A stretch of DNA of 64,000 nucleotides from Azolla caroliniana (Eukaryota > Plantae > Polypodiophyta): NCBI GenBank assembly GCA_043228905.1, contig JBHGNT010000020.1, positions 13,578,001-13,642,000 of the forward strand. Direction: 5' to 3'. The notes under the pieces are model-generated. The model was given only the letters and a program-made list of their open reading frames with translations. It made no database searches and was not told where the DNA came from. A program made the position numbers and the translations under genes. Every line of letters begins with the position of its first letter. Position 1 is the stretch's first letter. Positions 1 to 11,154 of the stretch are shown one piece after another.

Positions 1-1130
1 GATTATATTGGTCTCTTGTAGATGCTAATAAATCTATGTATTTACCACCTTCATGGCAGTAGGACCAAAGTAACCTATTGATTAGAAACCACTACAGTGT
101 ACAAGATGCAAAAAGAATAATAACAGAGAAATTTCTGGGATTCTGTTAGTTTAATATATCTCCAGAAATGCTAAAGTCTGTTTTTACTTAGCCATGAAGA
201 AAGCACTACAAAATGCAAGCAGTAATATTAACAGGGAAAGCTCTGAGATTCTGCAAATTTATAATATCTCCAGGAATGCTCTTAAGTTTGTTTTTATTTC
301 CTGAAATATATAATATAATGTAAGGCTTTAAGCCATGGGTAATTGGGGATATGGAAAAAAACTCTAGGATATTCAGTGAATTAATGACAAACCTCACTAA
401 AAACAAGGATATATTACTCAAGAAAAAACTGAAAGCAAGCATTACTATAATGCATTATGATTTTCGGAAAACATTGTCACACAATATGAAACTACCAGAA
501 AATGCACAATACAGCTGCATAAGTTAAAGGATTCAGTTTACCTGACGACCTAGATGTATATATTAAAAGTATATTTCACAGCATGAGAATTATATAGCAA
601 AATATGTGAACTTGCTTATGCATCTTGAGATGACTGGCACCAATACATATTTTTCCTGAAATTTTGATCTAACGTATAGTAATGCTATTTATAATTAATC
701 ATGGAACTACAAAACCTAGAAAACAATGAAGAAACCTGATTGAAGATGTTAGGAAAAAACAGAACTAAACAATATTCGCAGCAGTTGTAACTTAACATTT
801 ATAAATTTATTCTCAGGAAACTCCTATCAGAAACAATCAACACAGACTTTCTCTTAAAGCAAAACCAAGATACAATGAGGAAAACACGCACTGAGCATAT
901 AACACATATGATAATGTTTGTGCAAAAAAGTAGACTTGTGAAGCATCATGCTCACGAATCAAATGCATTGCATGCATTTCACCTATATCTGTGTCCTTGA
1001 TTGAAATTTTTTATTCGTTTATCAAAATTCAGGCTGATATAATAGATCAGAGTAGTTGCATCAGGATGTAAATTATGAAATCATAAATACATTGAAAGGA
1101 GGTGTGTGCGTGTGTGTATATATATATATA

Positions 1131-1193
1131 ATTTTGTTCAAATGGATTATTCAGCATTGCCCTATAATGCTGAATAGTCCATTTGAAACAAAA
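1131..1193. repeat. Short hairpin / inverted repeat (22-bp arms, 7-nt loop)
   Basis: ttcaaatggattattcagcatt (1137-1158) pairs with aatgctgaatagtccatttgaa (1166-1187), with one T.G mismatch. Confidence 0.8.
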
Positions 1194-1814
1194 TAATGAA
1201 TGGAATTTAAAAAATCAGGCTAGTTATAAAAGCAAATAGAAAAAATTGACTGACCGATATAGAATGAATGAATGAAACATACCACAGCAGGAACATCAGG
1301 CAATCTCATAGTAGTATCTGTGCAAAGCAGAATTGAAAAAAAGTCGAACGTATACCTTTTTCTCGAAATGTTTCTTGAAGAATGTGAATAGAAGAATATT
1401 GATCCATATTCTTTTGTGAGCAAGATAGCAGCATACATAACAAATATATTTGAAGTAAATCAAAACAAATCTTTCTGATTCACTTTAACTTAATTTATGT
1501 AAAATTAAGAATCGAGGGTCTATCACAACATAAGAAACAGGGGCCAGGTTGATCTGTAAATTTTTATAAAGTTTGATATTTTTAAGTTGATCCGTTAGTC
1601 TTCAAGGAGTTGCAATCAAAAGATTCACCTCCTTCACTAAATTTTCTGCTTCAGTCAGTTGATTAGCACCTCCCATGGGTTCATGAGACCCCCTTGCCAC
1701 TCCACTTATCTACTGCAGTGTAATAAAGAAAGACTTTCTTAATATAATATTTACCGACACTTTGAACTGATCAATTTTGATTCTATACAAGCTCTCTAGA
1801 GTCGAAATTCCTTT

Positions 1815-1992
1815 GATTCTTTCTTAGCCCACTTTTGAAGTTTTCATGAGCTCTTTTATTCTTTCTTAACCCACTGTGAAGTTTCGATGAACTCTTTTGT
1901 TCTTTCTTAACCCAATGCCAATGTCTACATGAATTGTTAGTTTCCTTCTTGACTCAATATTGATGTCTATGCGCCTTCTCATTCCTTCTTAA
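1815..1992. repeat. Degenerate ~41-43 bp tandem repeat (about 4-5 units)
   Basis: Recurrent ttctttcttaacccac..gaagttt.catga.ctctttt units. Confidence 0.6.
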
Positions 1993-4578
1993 ATGTGAAA
2001 TTCATTTTCCATGCTCTGAAGGATCTGAGAGAAGTTGCATAATAAACAGTTGAATCAGGAATGTTATTTTTGTTCTTCCATGTCCATATTCAATAGCTCT
2101 TGAAGTCAAACATGACAACACTACATGGACTGTGAAATGTCCAAGCGCCATTGGTTCCTAGACAAAAGGATCCAAGGCTGGCGTACTCCTAAACCTGCGT
2201 GCAGTAGGACCTGTGCCTACATCAAATCTTGAACTGTTGCCTTATAAATTCCTTTTAGGTTAGGCCCCACGTAAACTAATTTAAAAGCTATAAGGGAGTG
2301 GGCTAAGATACTTTTTGAGGAGACGATGCTTCGCATCACAAGCAAGAATTTACTCATTTGATGTAGCACTCAAAATTCAGATTTAGAGCTGATGGGGAGT
2401 CATTTTCAAGTATTGAAGCCTGCAGGTCTCATAGTTGCTTTCCTCCATTTACTACTATATGAATTGGAGTGTGCATTGGAAGCTCCGAGCTCTAGTTGCT
2501 GAAATATATAAAAGTCTTTTTAGGTCTTGGCCTCTTATCTTAATGTATACTCTTCTATTAGTCATCAATAAAGAAATACTGAAAAGGGTGCCAGGCTTTG
2601 GGGCAAACAAGATATCAAAAATCTTGTTCAGCACTATCTTCATTGATGTGAAATTCAGGTCTTTGTAAGTCCAAAATCTTACGAAGTTGTTTCTTTGTTC
2701 ATATGAGATTTCTCATTGGTGAAAGTTCATTTGATCAGTGTTTTACTGTCCTCTGGAAGTTATACATGCAATTTCATGAGGTTACTCAATACAATATGCG
2801 CTGAGCTTTGTAGGAAATGCTATTTGCAGTACAATATCTTAAATGGCGATAACTATTGTGGGTCATCTGGAAGATAACTAACTCAAGCATGTTTAAGCAC
2901 CATTTGTGTAAAATTCACCATAGATTGGCAATGCGTTTACTGAGAGATACATGTAAGTGTATAAAAGAAATAGCAAAAAAAACATACATCAATATATTAG
3001 CAATGAATCTAATATCACATACCTGCATAGCTAGTTCGTGTGGGAGGGAATATAATAACACCTGCTCTCCTATGAGGCACAAAATGTGCATTATTAAGAA
3101 TGCTCTATTGCAGGTACAAGAAATACAAGTGTCTTTACCAAAACAGCCCTTGCAGCTCCAAGAACATCATTTCCAGTAAGAAGTGGTGGATAGTGGTGGA
3201 ATCAATCTAGCTTGAATCTGAGAAATAGAAAACAAAGAAACTCTCTTCAGTAATCATAAATATCAGGGCTTATCCATTGTATACAACAAACTACTTAAAA
3301 AACTATGCAGATACAAAAATACATCAGAGACAGTCCATTAAATACCAGTAACAACATTAAAAAAAAGTGCATTAAAAACCAGTAGAGAATACATTTCAAA
3401 AAAATTATTCAACATTATAGGAAGTGAGACTCTATCTTCACAAATGTTTTCTTCATTTCTAGAACTGGCAATACTTTTGTTTTTTGCATTTTACTAAAGT
3501 ACACAATCACTTATTCATGCATAACCCTTTACATGAGGTCTAATTTAGAAAATTGTAAACTGAGGGTCTTCAGATGTAATGGGTGGCATTAACATTTATC
3601 AGCTAGGATGTAATGGGTGGAATCAGTAACATTTACAATCATCGACAAGCAAAGAGAAGAGAATAAGTGAAACTAAGCCCACGAGAAACAAAACAGAAAA
3701 AAAATGTAAGAATCAAGAAAAGAAAGCAAAAAAATATGTTGATATGCCATTTGTAAGCTTTTAAAAACTAAAAGACCTGAATTGAAAGAGATCAGAAAAC
3801 GCTGATGGTTTTGGGATAACCATTTCTTTATATGTATACAGGTAGCAATTCAGACAAACACTGGCAAGTAATTACCTAATTACAACATACCATCGTTTCT
3901 GTGCATATTAATGTAGTGATGCATAGTAATCCACACGAACACATGCAAGTAACTAACTAAGGCTACTGCTATACACCACTGTTTCTTTCACATATTAACA
4001 TGTAGTGATCCATGGTAATCTTGGCAAGCACAGACCTTGGTAATTTGAGTGAATCTGATCTCTTTGAATGCGTTCTGTGTCAGACTAATGTAGTGAACGT
4101 TGAGGTGCTCATGATTCCAGAAAATTCTGCATCCTTTGATGTGGAAACATATGTGGTATTCGTGTCGTGATTATCACAATCTCCACCTGTACCTTGAATC
4201 CCTTCAGGTTGAAATCCTCTTCATCTATAATGTTCTTCTTCTTCATCATCTTATTCCTCCCTCTTCTTTTCTTCTTTTCTTCTTTTCTTCTTTCTTCTCC
4301 TTCACCCTCTACAGTTTGTTCATCGATTGAACTATCTCTTTTACCTTCTTAGCTTTCCTTCAGTATCATCATCACGATGATCACCACTAACTTCTTCTCC
4401 GCTTTCTTCTTCATCTTCATCCATGATGGCTTCAATCTTCATAATCCGAGATTGTCCGATCACCAATTCGGCCAATCTCACAGATCCCGAGGTCCAGCTG
4501 CTTTCTTTTTTCGTTTGCCACTTCCCGTTGCTTTTCAGAGACAGAATTACACGCCATTTCCACTTCCTTACTTCTTCC

Positions 4579-4613
<35 letters not shown>

Positions 4614-4949
4614 TTCTTCATTCCTCGAGCTCTTTCTTCTTCAGCTTCCTTCAGATTCACAGACCCACGACGACACGAGGGGGGGAGAAAGGGTTTTGGA
4701 GTAAATTACGAAGCTACCCTCCCCTGTTCTTCAAAATTCTCAGAAATACCCTCCTCCTCCTCCTCCTCCTCCTCCTCTTGATTGTTTTTGGGGGATAATG
4801 TGAAAACGGATGCTTCCTTATGATCTCGTAAAAATAAAATAAAAACAAACTCTGTCGTAGTTTGGATCGCCCATGGGCCACTGCAGGTCGATCTCCCTCT
4901 CTCTCAATTTATCTGCGTGTGATATATGTAACATAAAAGAAGAGGGCAT

Positions 4950-5533
4950 CAGTTTTGCAGTTCGGTTCGGTTCCAAACCGCGAAAAGCACGACTTAACGG
5001 CTTAACAATTTAAACGATTCAGTTTGGTTTGGTTTGGTTCAGGTTTAGTTTTATGTAAACGGATTGGTTTGGTTTGGGGGTTTATCGGTTCGGTTCAGGT
5101 TCAGTTTTATATAAACAGTTTGGTTTGGTTCGAGCCTTTCTCTGTTTAAACAGTTTAAAACCGCAAATCAAATAGTTTGACGATTTAGGATTGACACTCG
5201 ATCATTTTCTTATAAGTGTAATTTTGATATTTTAATAAAAATCTTTAAATTTTGGAATATTGAAAATTTTTAAGATTTTAAAATTAAAAAGTGAAATTTT
5301 GAATTTTGACTTAACTTGAAAACCAAATCAGAACTACGAAACCAGGGTTTTAACAGTTTAATGGTTTGAAAGTCTTTAAACCCATTTGGTTTGAGCTTAA
5401 ATTTTTTGTAACCGTTCGCTTTAAGCAGTTTTGGTTTGAACGGTTTCATCGTTTGATTCGGTTCGGTTTAAGTTTCAATTTTTTTAAACGGTTTGACTTT
5501 GACACTCTCGAACCAAACCATTGCCAATTGTTA
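4950..5533. mobile_element. MITE, hAT-type family (one end lost); inverted relative to the copy at 50312-50731
   Basis: Arrays of ggttcggtt/aaaccg. The right end (ctctcgaaccaaaccattgccaattgtta) matches the reverse complement of the left end of the 50.3 kb copy. Confidence 0.7.
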
Positions 5534-5714
5534 ATAATTAGGAGAAAATGGAATGCCAAAGTGCAATGGAAATATGGAGACATGGGTGCTTCAGTAAATT
5601 TCCATGCTAAATGTCTTGCAAAACACTTAGGGCTTCATTATGAACTTGTTCGGATAAAAACTAGTTTTGAGATTTTAAAAGAACGTTGTGCATTTTGGCC
5701 AATTTCTCTAGCCT

Positions 5715-6870
5715 TTTGTTGAGCTTGAGGAGGCGTGTTGAGATATCAAGCTCAATTAGGCTTAGTGTTATGTACACATAACATAGGTGAGGGTAGGTCA
5801 CTAATATTTACAAAAGTGAAGGGTATGTTCACTAAAGTTAAAAAGGGGACTAATGATTTTGGATTGAAGGAATGATAAGTGCATGCACTATTATGATTTG
5901 GAGAACCAATGAATGGAGAGGCTTTTAGAAAGGCACATTTATTCAAGGGGGTATGAGGCATCCGGCATTTGGTTTGGGTTTTGGCTTCGTCAGCTTCCGT
6001 CCGGTCTTCGACTTTCTTCGGCCTTTCCGAAGCAGTTTTGGTTCCTCCCCCTCAAGCTGGTGACAAAGGCTTGTAGTGTGAATTGGGCGAAGGCCGACTG
6101 CTTCCACCCATTGTGGGTCACGAGCCACTTCTGTAGAGCTCTCGGGCTCTTGTTCGACCGCCACCTTCATCGCAAAGGTATAATGATGGGCCATATACTC
6201 GTTGTAGCCAAGCTGAGTCACGGGGTTCTTCTCTCTAGATCCAGATGAGCGTCAAAGTTTTTCGCTTGCAGATGTCAGCGTCGTCTTTACTCCGGGTGTA
6301 CACCAAACTCACTGTTTAGTGAGGGAGCCGACACATTTGAATCACTATCGTCGGGGTGGTCGACTTTGTATTCGGGCATCGTACCTTTGCCTTTGTCCGA
6401 TGCTAGACTTGGCCGCGACGTGCTTAGGTCACGTGATGACTCATGTGGGCCATCTAGCTCTGTAGAGCTTGGATTGTCATTTGGTAAAGGACTTGGCTGA
6501 ATATTGTCATTCGAGTTAACATCCACCTCTTCCTCGGTCAGGTCAGGTGGAGCCGAATCAAGCTCATACCATGATGCCAATAGAAGTTCGGCATGTGCTT
6601 CTCATGCATCATGGCGTGTGTTACCTCGAGTATTTGCCAATTCTTCATTTCGGCGACTCCATTTTGTTGGGGTGTGTGTTGGCATGATAATTCTCTCCGA
6701 ATCCCTTCTCCTTGGAGGTAGGATATGAATTTGTCGGAGAAGTACTCCTTGCCTCCATCCGAGCATAAAGCATCCTTCGTTGTTGAAACGAACTTGCATG
6801 CCTTGCTCCACGATCTGGCTGACCGAGACCAAATTCTTTGTTATTATAGGCACGTTTTTGTGAAGGATTT
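5715..6870 (-). mobile_element. Ty1/Copia pol remnant with large internal deletions
   Basis: ITKNLVSVSQIVEQGMQVRFNNEGCF (protease to pre-integrase region), ASWY post-integrase linker, EPES..VARDPQWVEA (RT start) joined directly to a pol end (cagcttgagggggagg). A PPT+TGTTG junction (gaggaggcg|tgttgag) lies on + at ~5727-5742. Confidence 0.7.
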
Positions 6871-6871
6871 G

Positions 6872-7421
6872 CTTCACGATATAAAAATGCCCTTAAATAT
6901 TATATTCAATAATATTTTAGAGACTTAACTTGAACCTATAACCTCACACACCAAGTGCGAGTTACACACCACTAGATTAAGTTATTTGTTTTAAGGTAAA
7001 TAGAAATAAAGGATATAAAAATGGACTTAAATAGTGTCACATTGAGTAACATTTGAGAGACTCAAACCCACAACCTTACATGCCAATACTACAAAGTATA
7101 TACCACTTGACTAGGTTATTTGTTTTAGAATTATATTTTCATGATCATACTTATCCCATCCTATTTTCATTTTCATACATGAAAGCTCAAATGAGTGAGA
7201 TGTCTATCGTATATCACATGCATGTCTTGTACCCTCGCATGCATGTGGGGTCACCTATAAAAAGAGGGGAATCAAGTAAGGGAGGGATCAAGAGAAAGTT
7301 AGAAAATAATATAAATTATCAAATAAACAAGCTAGCCCATTTGTGAAGTTTATTGTCTCTCAACGCTTGAGTCGAGGGTGTGAAAACGATCATTTGAATC
7401 TTCGAGGAAGCCAATCGTCAA
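6872..7421 (+). mobile_element. Probable degraded solo LTR with two antisense tRNA-like heads
   Basis: Ends tcacgat...atcgtcaaca. Internal tgtcac..gagactcaaacccacaacctta (7035-7079) resembles the start of element A's LTR. TATA (ctataaaaag) at ~7255. No TSD found. Confidence 0.4.
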
Positions 7422-7879
7422 CATGCAAACAAAGCATGATTTGAGACATGCAAACAAAGTGACCCATGTATGTAGTTGTAAGTGTCACTTATAGAGAAGG
7501 TGCATTGTTTTATTGTCGCAACAACAAAACACAAAGCAACAATCTCAAAGCCATAGAGACTCATGTCATAATGTTGTCCATTCATAAGGAACACATCGGA
7601 CATCATAAATTTTCAGATAAGAAACCTCTTCATCCATCAAGTGTTGTGTTAATATGTTCAAAGGCGAGTTTCTATGGGCATTATTGATTTGGTATGTAAT
7701 GTTTGCCATTACAATCACATAATGATAAAACCAATGAAATGAACAATCAAACTATCATGGTTGGCATTGTGATTACAATTGCTAGAACCTAATAGAAGAG
7801 ATTCAAGCGAATATTTATTTTTAAAAAACCCAATGAAAATAATTAATAGGCGATATTTGGCAGTGTTTTAAATAACCAT

Positions 7880-7918
<39 letters not shown>
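7880..7918. repeat. (GT)n microsatellite
   Basis: Direct reading. Confidence 0.95.
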
Positions 7919-7922
<4 letters not shown>

Positions 7923-8299
7923 AGGGGTTGTGTGTGTTGATTGAAATAAGGGGTTGTTCACATGGAGCCAACCAACCAATACAAGAAAGAAATGTATGGG
8001 GCGGAAACACCTCAACAACCTTGAGGTCGGAAACCGATGCGAGAATTATCGAGATCATACAACACCTCAAAGTTCTGGTGCAAATTGTTACCCACGATCT
8101 GAACGTCTTTTGTGTGTATGTGTGTGAACACTGGTATAAAGACGTTGGACTACAAGGAGAAATGTATGTATGTATGTATGCCCTTTTCTTTGTATATATG
8201 CCCTTTTGAGTATTTTTTCTGTGATATTACTAAACACATTCATACCACTATCATACATTCTCAAATATACTATGAAAAAGGTTAAAAATCCACCATTTT

Positions 8300-9231
8300 C
8301 ATGATTTAAAATTAAATTTAAAAAGTGAAATTTCAAAAAGTTACATTCTCAATTTATATCACAAACTTTACGGCCAATGTTTTTCTCTTTTATAAGAAAT
8401 GATATTCATAGGAATCGAAAGAAATCAAAACAATCATTGGGCATTCAATCATCGCCAATGTATACTTACCCGTAAAAGCATTTTCACTTCTAGTCTTGTA
8501 CCAATACACTTTTATAGACTTGATCGTGTTTTCTATTTCATGCATTGGCACTTCTACAATTTTACCAATCTAAAATTGGTGGCCTTGTGAGTTGTCATCA
8601 GCAGGTGTTGCAATCAACATCCTCAGCCCGAGCTCTTGCAAATTGTCTTGCCATCTAGCTTCAGTTGTTTTCGTCATCCTTGGTCCCACATAAATGTCTC
8701 TTTGTTGTGGATGGACCAAACTATCAAATTTAATCGTGTTAGTTGGTTGCTCCGGAGTTTTATTTACACGATCCTGTTGTAGCGACCATGTGCATGACAT
8801 TTCCAAAGTCCAATTATCACCAGATACACAATTTTTCAATAATTCCTTCCTCATCACTAAAGAATACATCCCACCATGACGTGTCTTGTTGTGCAGCATA
8901 TTTCTTTGCAGCCACAATATGCTTCCTTTTTTCTGTTAAGCCTTGGATCCATAAGTGTTTTTGTTCTTCTACCAAGTCACTATGCAATTGTCCTTTCTTC
9001 TCAATTGGCATTTGTTTAGCTCCATAGATAGTTATTGTACTCGGCATACAAAGTAAGAACTGGCAACCGCCTTCAGGTTCCCATTTTGGAGAAGATGAAT
9101 ATTGCTTGGCATACAAAAGCGTAGAATCACTTATTTCATTTTTCTTTATCATAAAAATGTGATTGAAGCTTATATTGTTTCACTGGGCGAGCACTTTAAC
9201 ATTCCCAACACCCCCATATGATATATATCTC
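8300..9231 (-). pseudogene. Sola/DUF7869-like DNA transposase, C-terminal segment
   Basis: Continues in frame from 15293 once element A and one TSD copy are removed: ..KEVYDFKR|YISYGGVGNVKVLAQ*NNISFNHIFMIKK..LLYAKQYSSSPKWEP..; later GHQF*IGKIVEV..IKVYWYKT..FTGKY. Left boundary approximate. Confidence 0.7.
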
Positions 9232-10500
9232 TGTCATGATATGGCAAGACTCAAACCCATGACCTTATGGTACATAGGAAAATTGATACATAAAATATTA
9301 TTTTCATTATGTTTTATTATAGAAAATTGATTTATATTCCAGATTTCTCTGGAACATTCTAGAAACTTCAGGAGTACTCCTAAGAACACTATAAAAGGAG
9401 GCACAAGGCATTATTTTGAACCAAATCGGTTCAACGCCAGTCTTAAGCCTCCTAGCTACTATTGTATACTCTCTTCACATAATATATATCTTTTATCATC
9501 ATTCTCTCACCCTTTCTCTCTCTCTTCTCTCTCTCGCTCACTCTTTCCTTCTCTAGAGAGTTCTACACCTCTCTTAGTACTAATCCTCATCTTTTAGTAC
9601 TAATTCCTTCTCTGTCTTAGTACCGATTTTGCCGTCCTCCTGTCTCCTCCTTTCATCCTCTTCTTTTTATCTTCTTACATATCCCCTTTTTCTGGTCTTC
9701 TTTTCGGTTTCCCACATCTTCTTACCCCTTTCTTCCTTTCATACTAATCCTCTTATCCTCCCTAGTAAAATGGAAACTGTTACCGCTCAGGAATACCAAT
9801 TTGTTTTCTCGGAGCTCCAGTGCTTAAAGGAGAAATTTGTAGCACTAGAACAAGAAAATCAATGTTTGTTGGGGGATCTTCAACAAATAGCGCTGGAAAA
9901 ACAACAACACGGGGAGCTGACATTACGTGTGCAACAACTCGAAGCAACCATCGTAGCGATGCAACAACAAGGACCCAGAACACAAGGAATTCATAAAGAA
10001 CCCAAGATCGGCCTTCCCATGAAATTCGATGGAACGCGATCGCAGTTTAGAGGGTTCCTTAATCAGGTATGACTAGTTATTCAAATGCATCCTTCCAGAT
10101 ATCCCACAGATGCATCACGAGTGGGTTTAGTAGGCACGTTGTTAAGTGGCTCAACGTTGGCATGGTTCGCTACGTTGTTAGAAAAAGAATCTCCATTACT
10201 AAAAAAAATTGAAGAATTTATGAGTTTAAAGCCTGTTTTGGAGATACTAACAGCATAAGGACAACAATCAACAAAATCCGACGACTACGTCAAGGCGATC
10301 GTCTAGCCTCAACATACGCTGCAGATTTTCGTCTACTCGTCTCCGATATCCCCTGGGATGATCAAGCATTGATGGAGAAATTTCGTTATGGTCTACGTAA
10401 CGATGTCAAAGATTTACTCTTGACCTTTCCCGAAAAACCAAAGTCATTAACAAAAGCAATCAGTCGTGCAGTGAGATGCGACAATCGCCTCTTCGAATGG

Positions 10501-11154
10501 CGTTCGGAACGTTAGTTCCAGATGCCAAGGGCAAGATCTGAGCCTACCTACGCCTCAATGGTAGTGAAACCTTTTCCGAGGGAGTCATATAATGCGCCTC
10601 CAGTAAGTACTCCAACTCCGATGGAAATTGACACCACACATCGTTGTGGACCGCTATCGAAAGAAGAAAAGCAACGATGCCGAAAAAACCGACTATGTCT
10701 TTATTGCGATGGACCAGGGCATATCACGATAAACTGTCCCCATAGGCCAAGAAGGCAGGTAAACCAAATAGTTGCTAGTTCTAATTGTACTAAACCCGAG
10801 TCTATTTCAATAGGGATATCTGATAGTCGTTCGGAACGTCAGTTCTAGATGTCAAGGGCAAGATTTGAGCCTACCTACGCCTCAGTGGTAGCGAAACCTT
10901 TTCCGAGGGAGTCATATAATGCGCCTCCAGTAAGTACTCCAACTCCGATGGAAATTGACACCACACGTCGTCATGGACCGCTATCAAAAGAAGAAAAGCA
11001 ACGACACCGAACAAACCGACTATGTCTTTATTGCGGTGGACAAGGGCATATCGCGGTAAACTGTCCCCATAGGCCAAGAAGGCAGGTAAACCAAATAGTT
11101 GCTAGTTCTAATTGTACTAAACCCAAGTCTATTTCAATAGGGATATCTGATAGT
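10501..11154 (+). repeat. 327-bp tandem duplication of the gag C-terminus/zinc knuckle in element A
   Basis: ORFs 10522-10848 and 10849-11232 are near-identical, offset by 327 nt. Confidence 0.9.

Larger units (their letters stand above)
1..4640 (-). pseudogene. DEAD-box RNA helicase pseudogene, DDX18/Has1 (plant RH27/RH51-like), intron-containing
   Basis: Minus-strand exon remnants in collinear order. ~4640-4040: acidic/Lys-rich N-terminus then GIMSTSTFTTL. ~3219-3024: IQAR..PPL/LTGNDVLGAAR..KTLVFLVPA..ELAMQ. ~1712-1550: GGANQLTEAENLVKEVNLLIATP*RLTDQLKNIKLYKNLQ. ~1420-1283: ..TFDFFSILLCTDTTMRLPDVPAV. ~656-542: ..YNSHAVKYTFNI.. Many stops, frameshifts and internal deletions; DEAD/SAT and HRVGRTAR motifs not found. 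Boundaries approximate. Confidence 0.85.
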
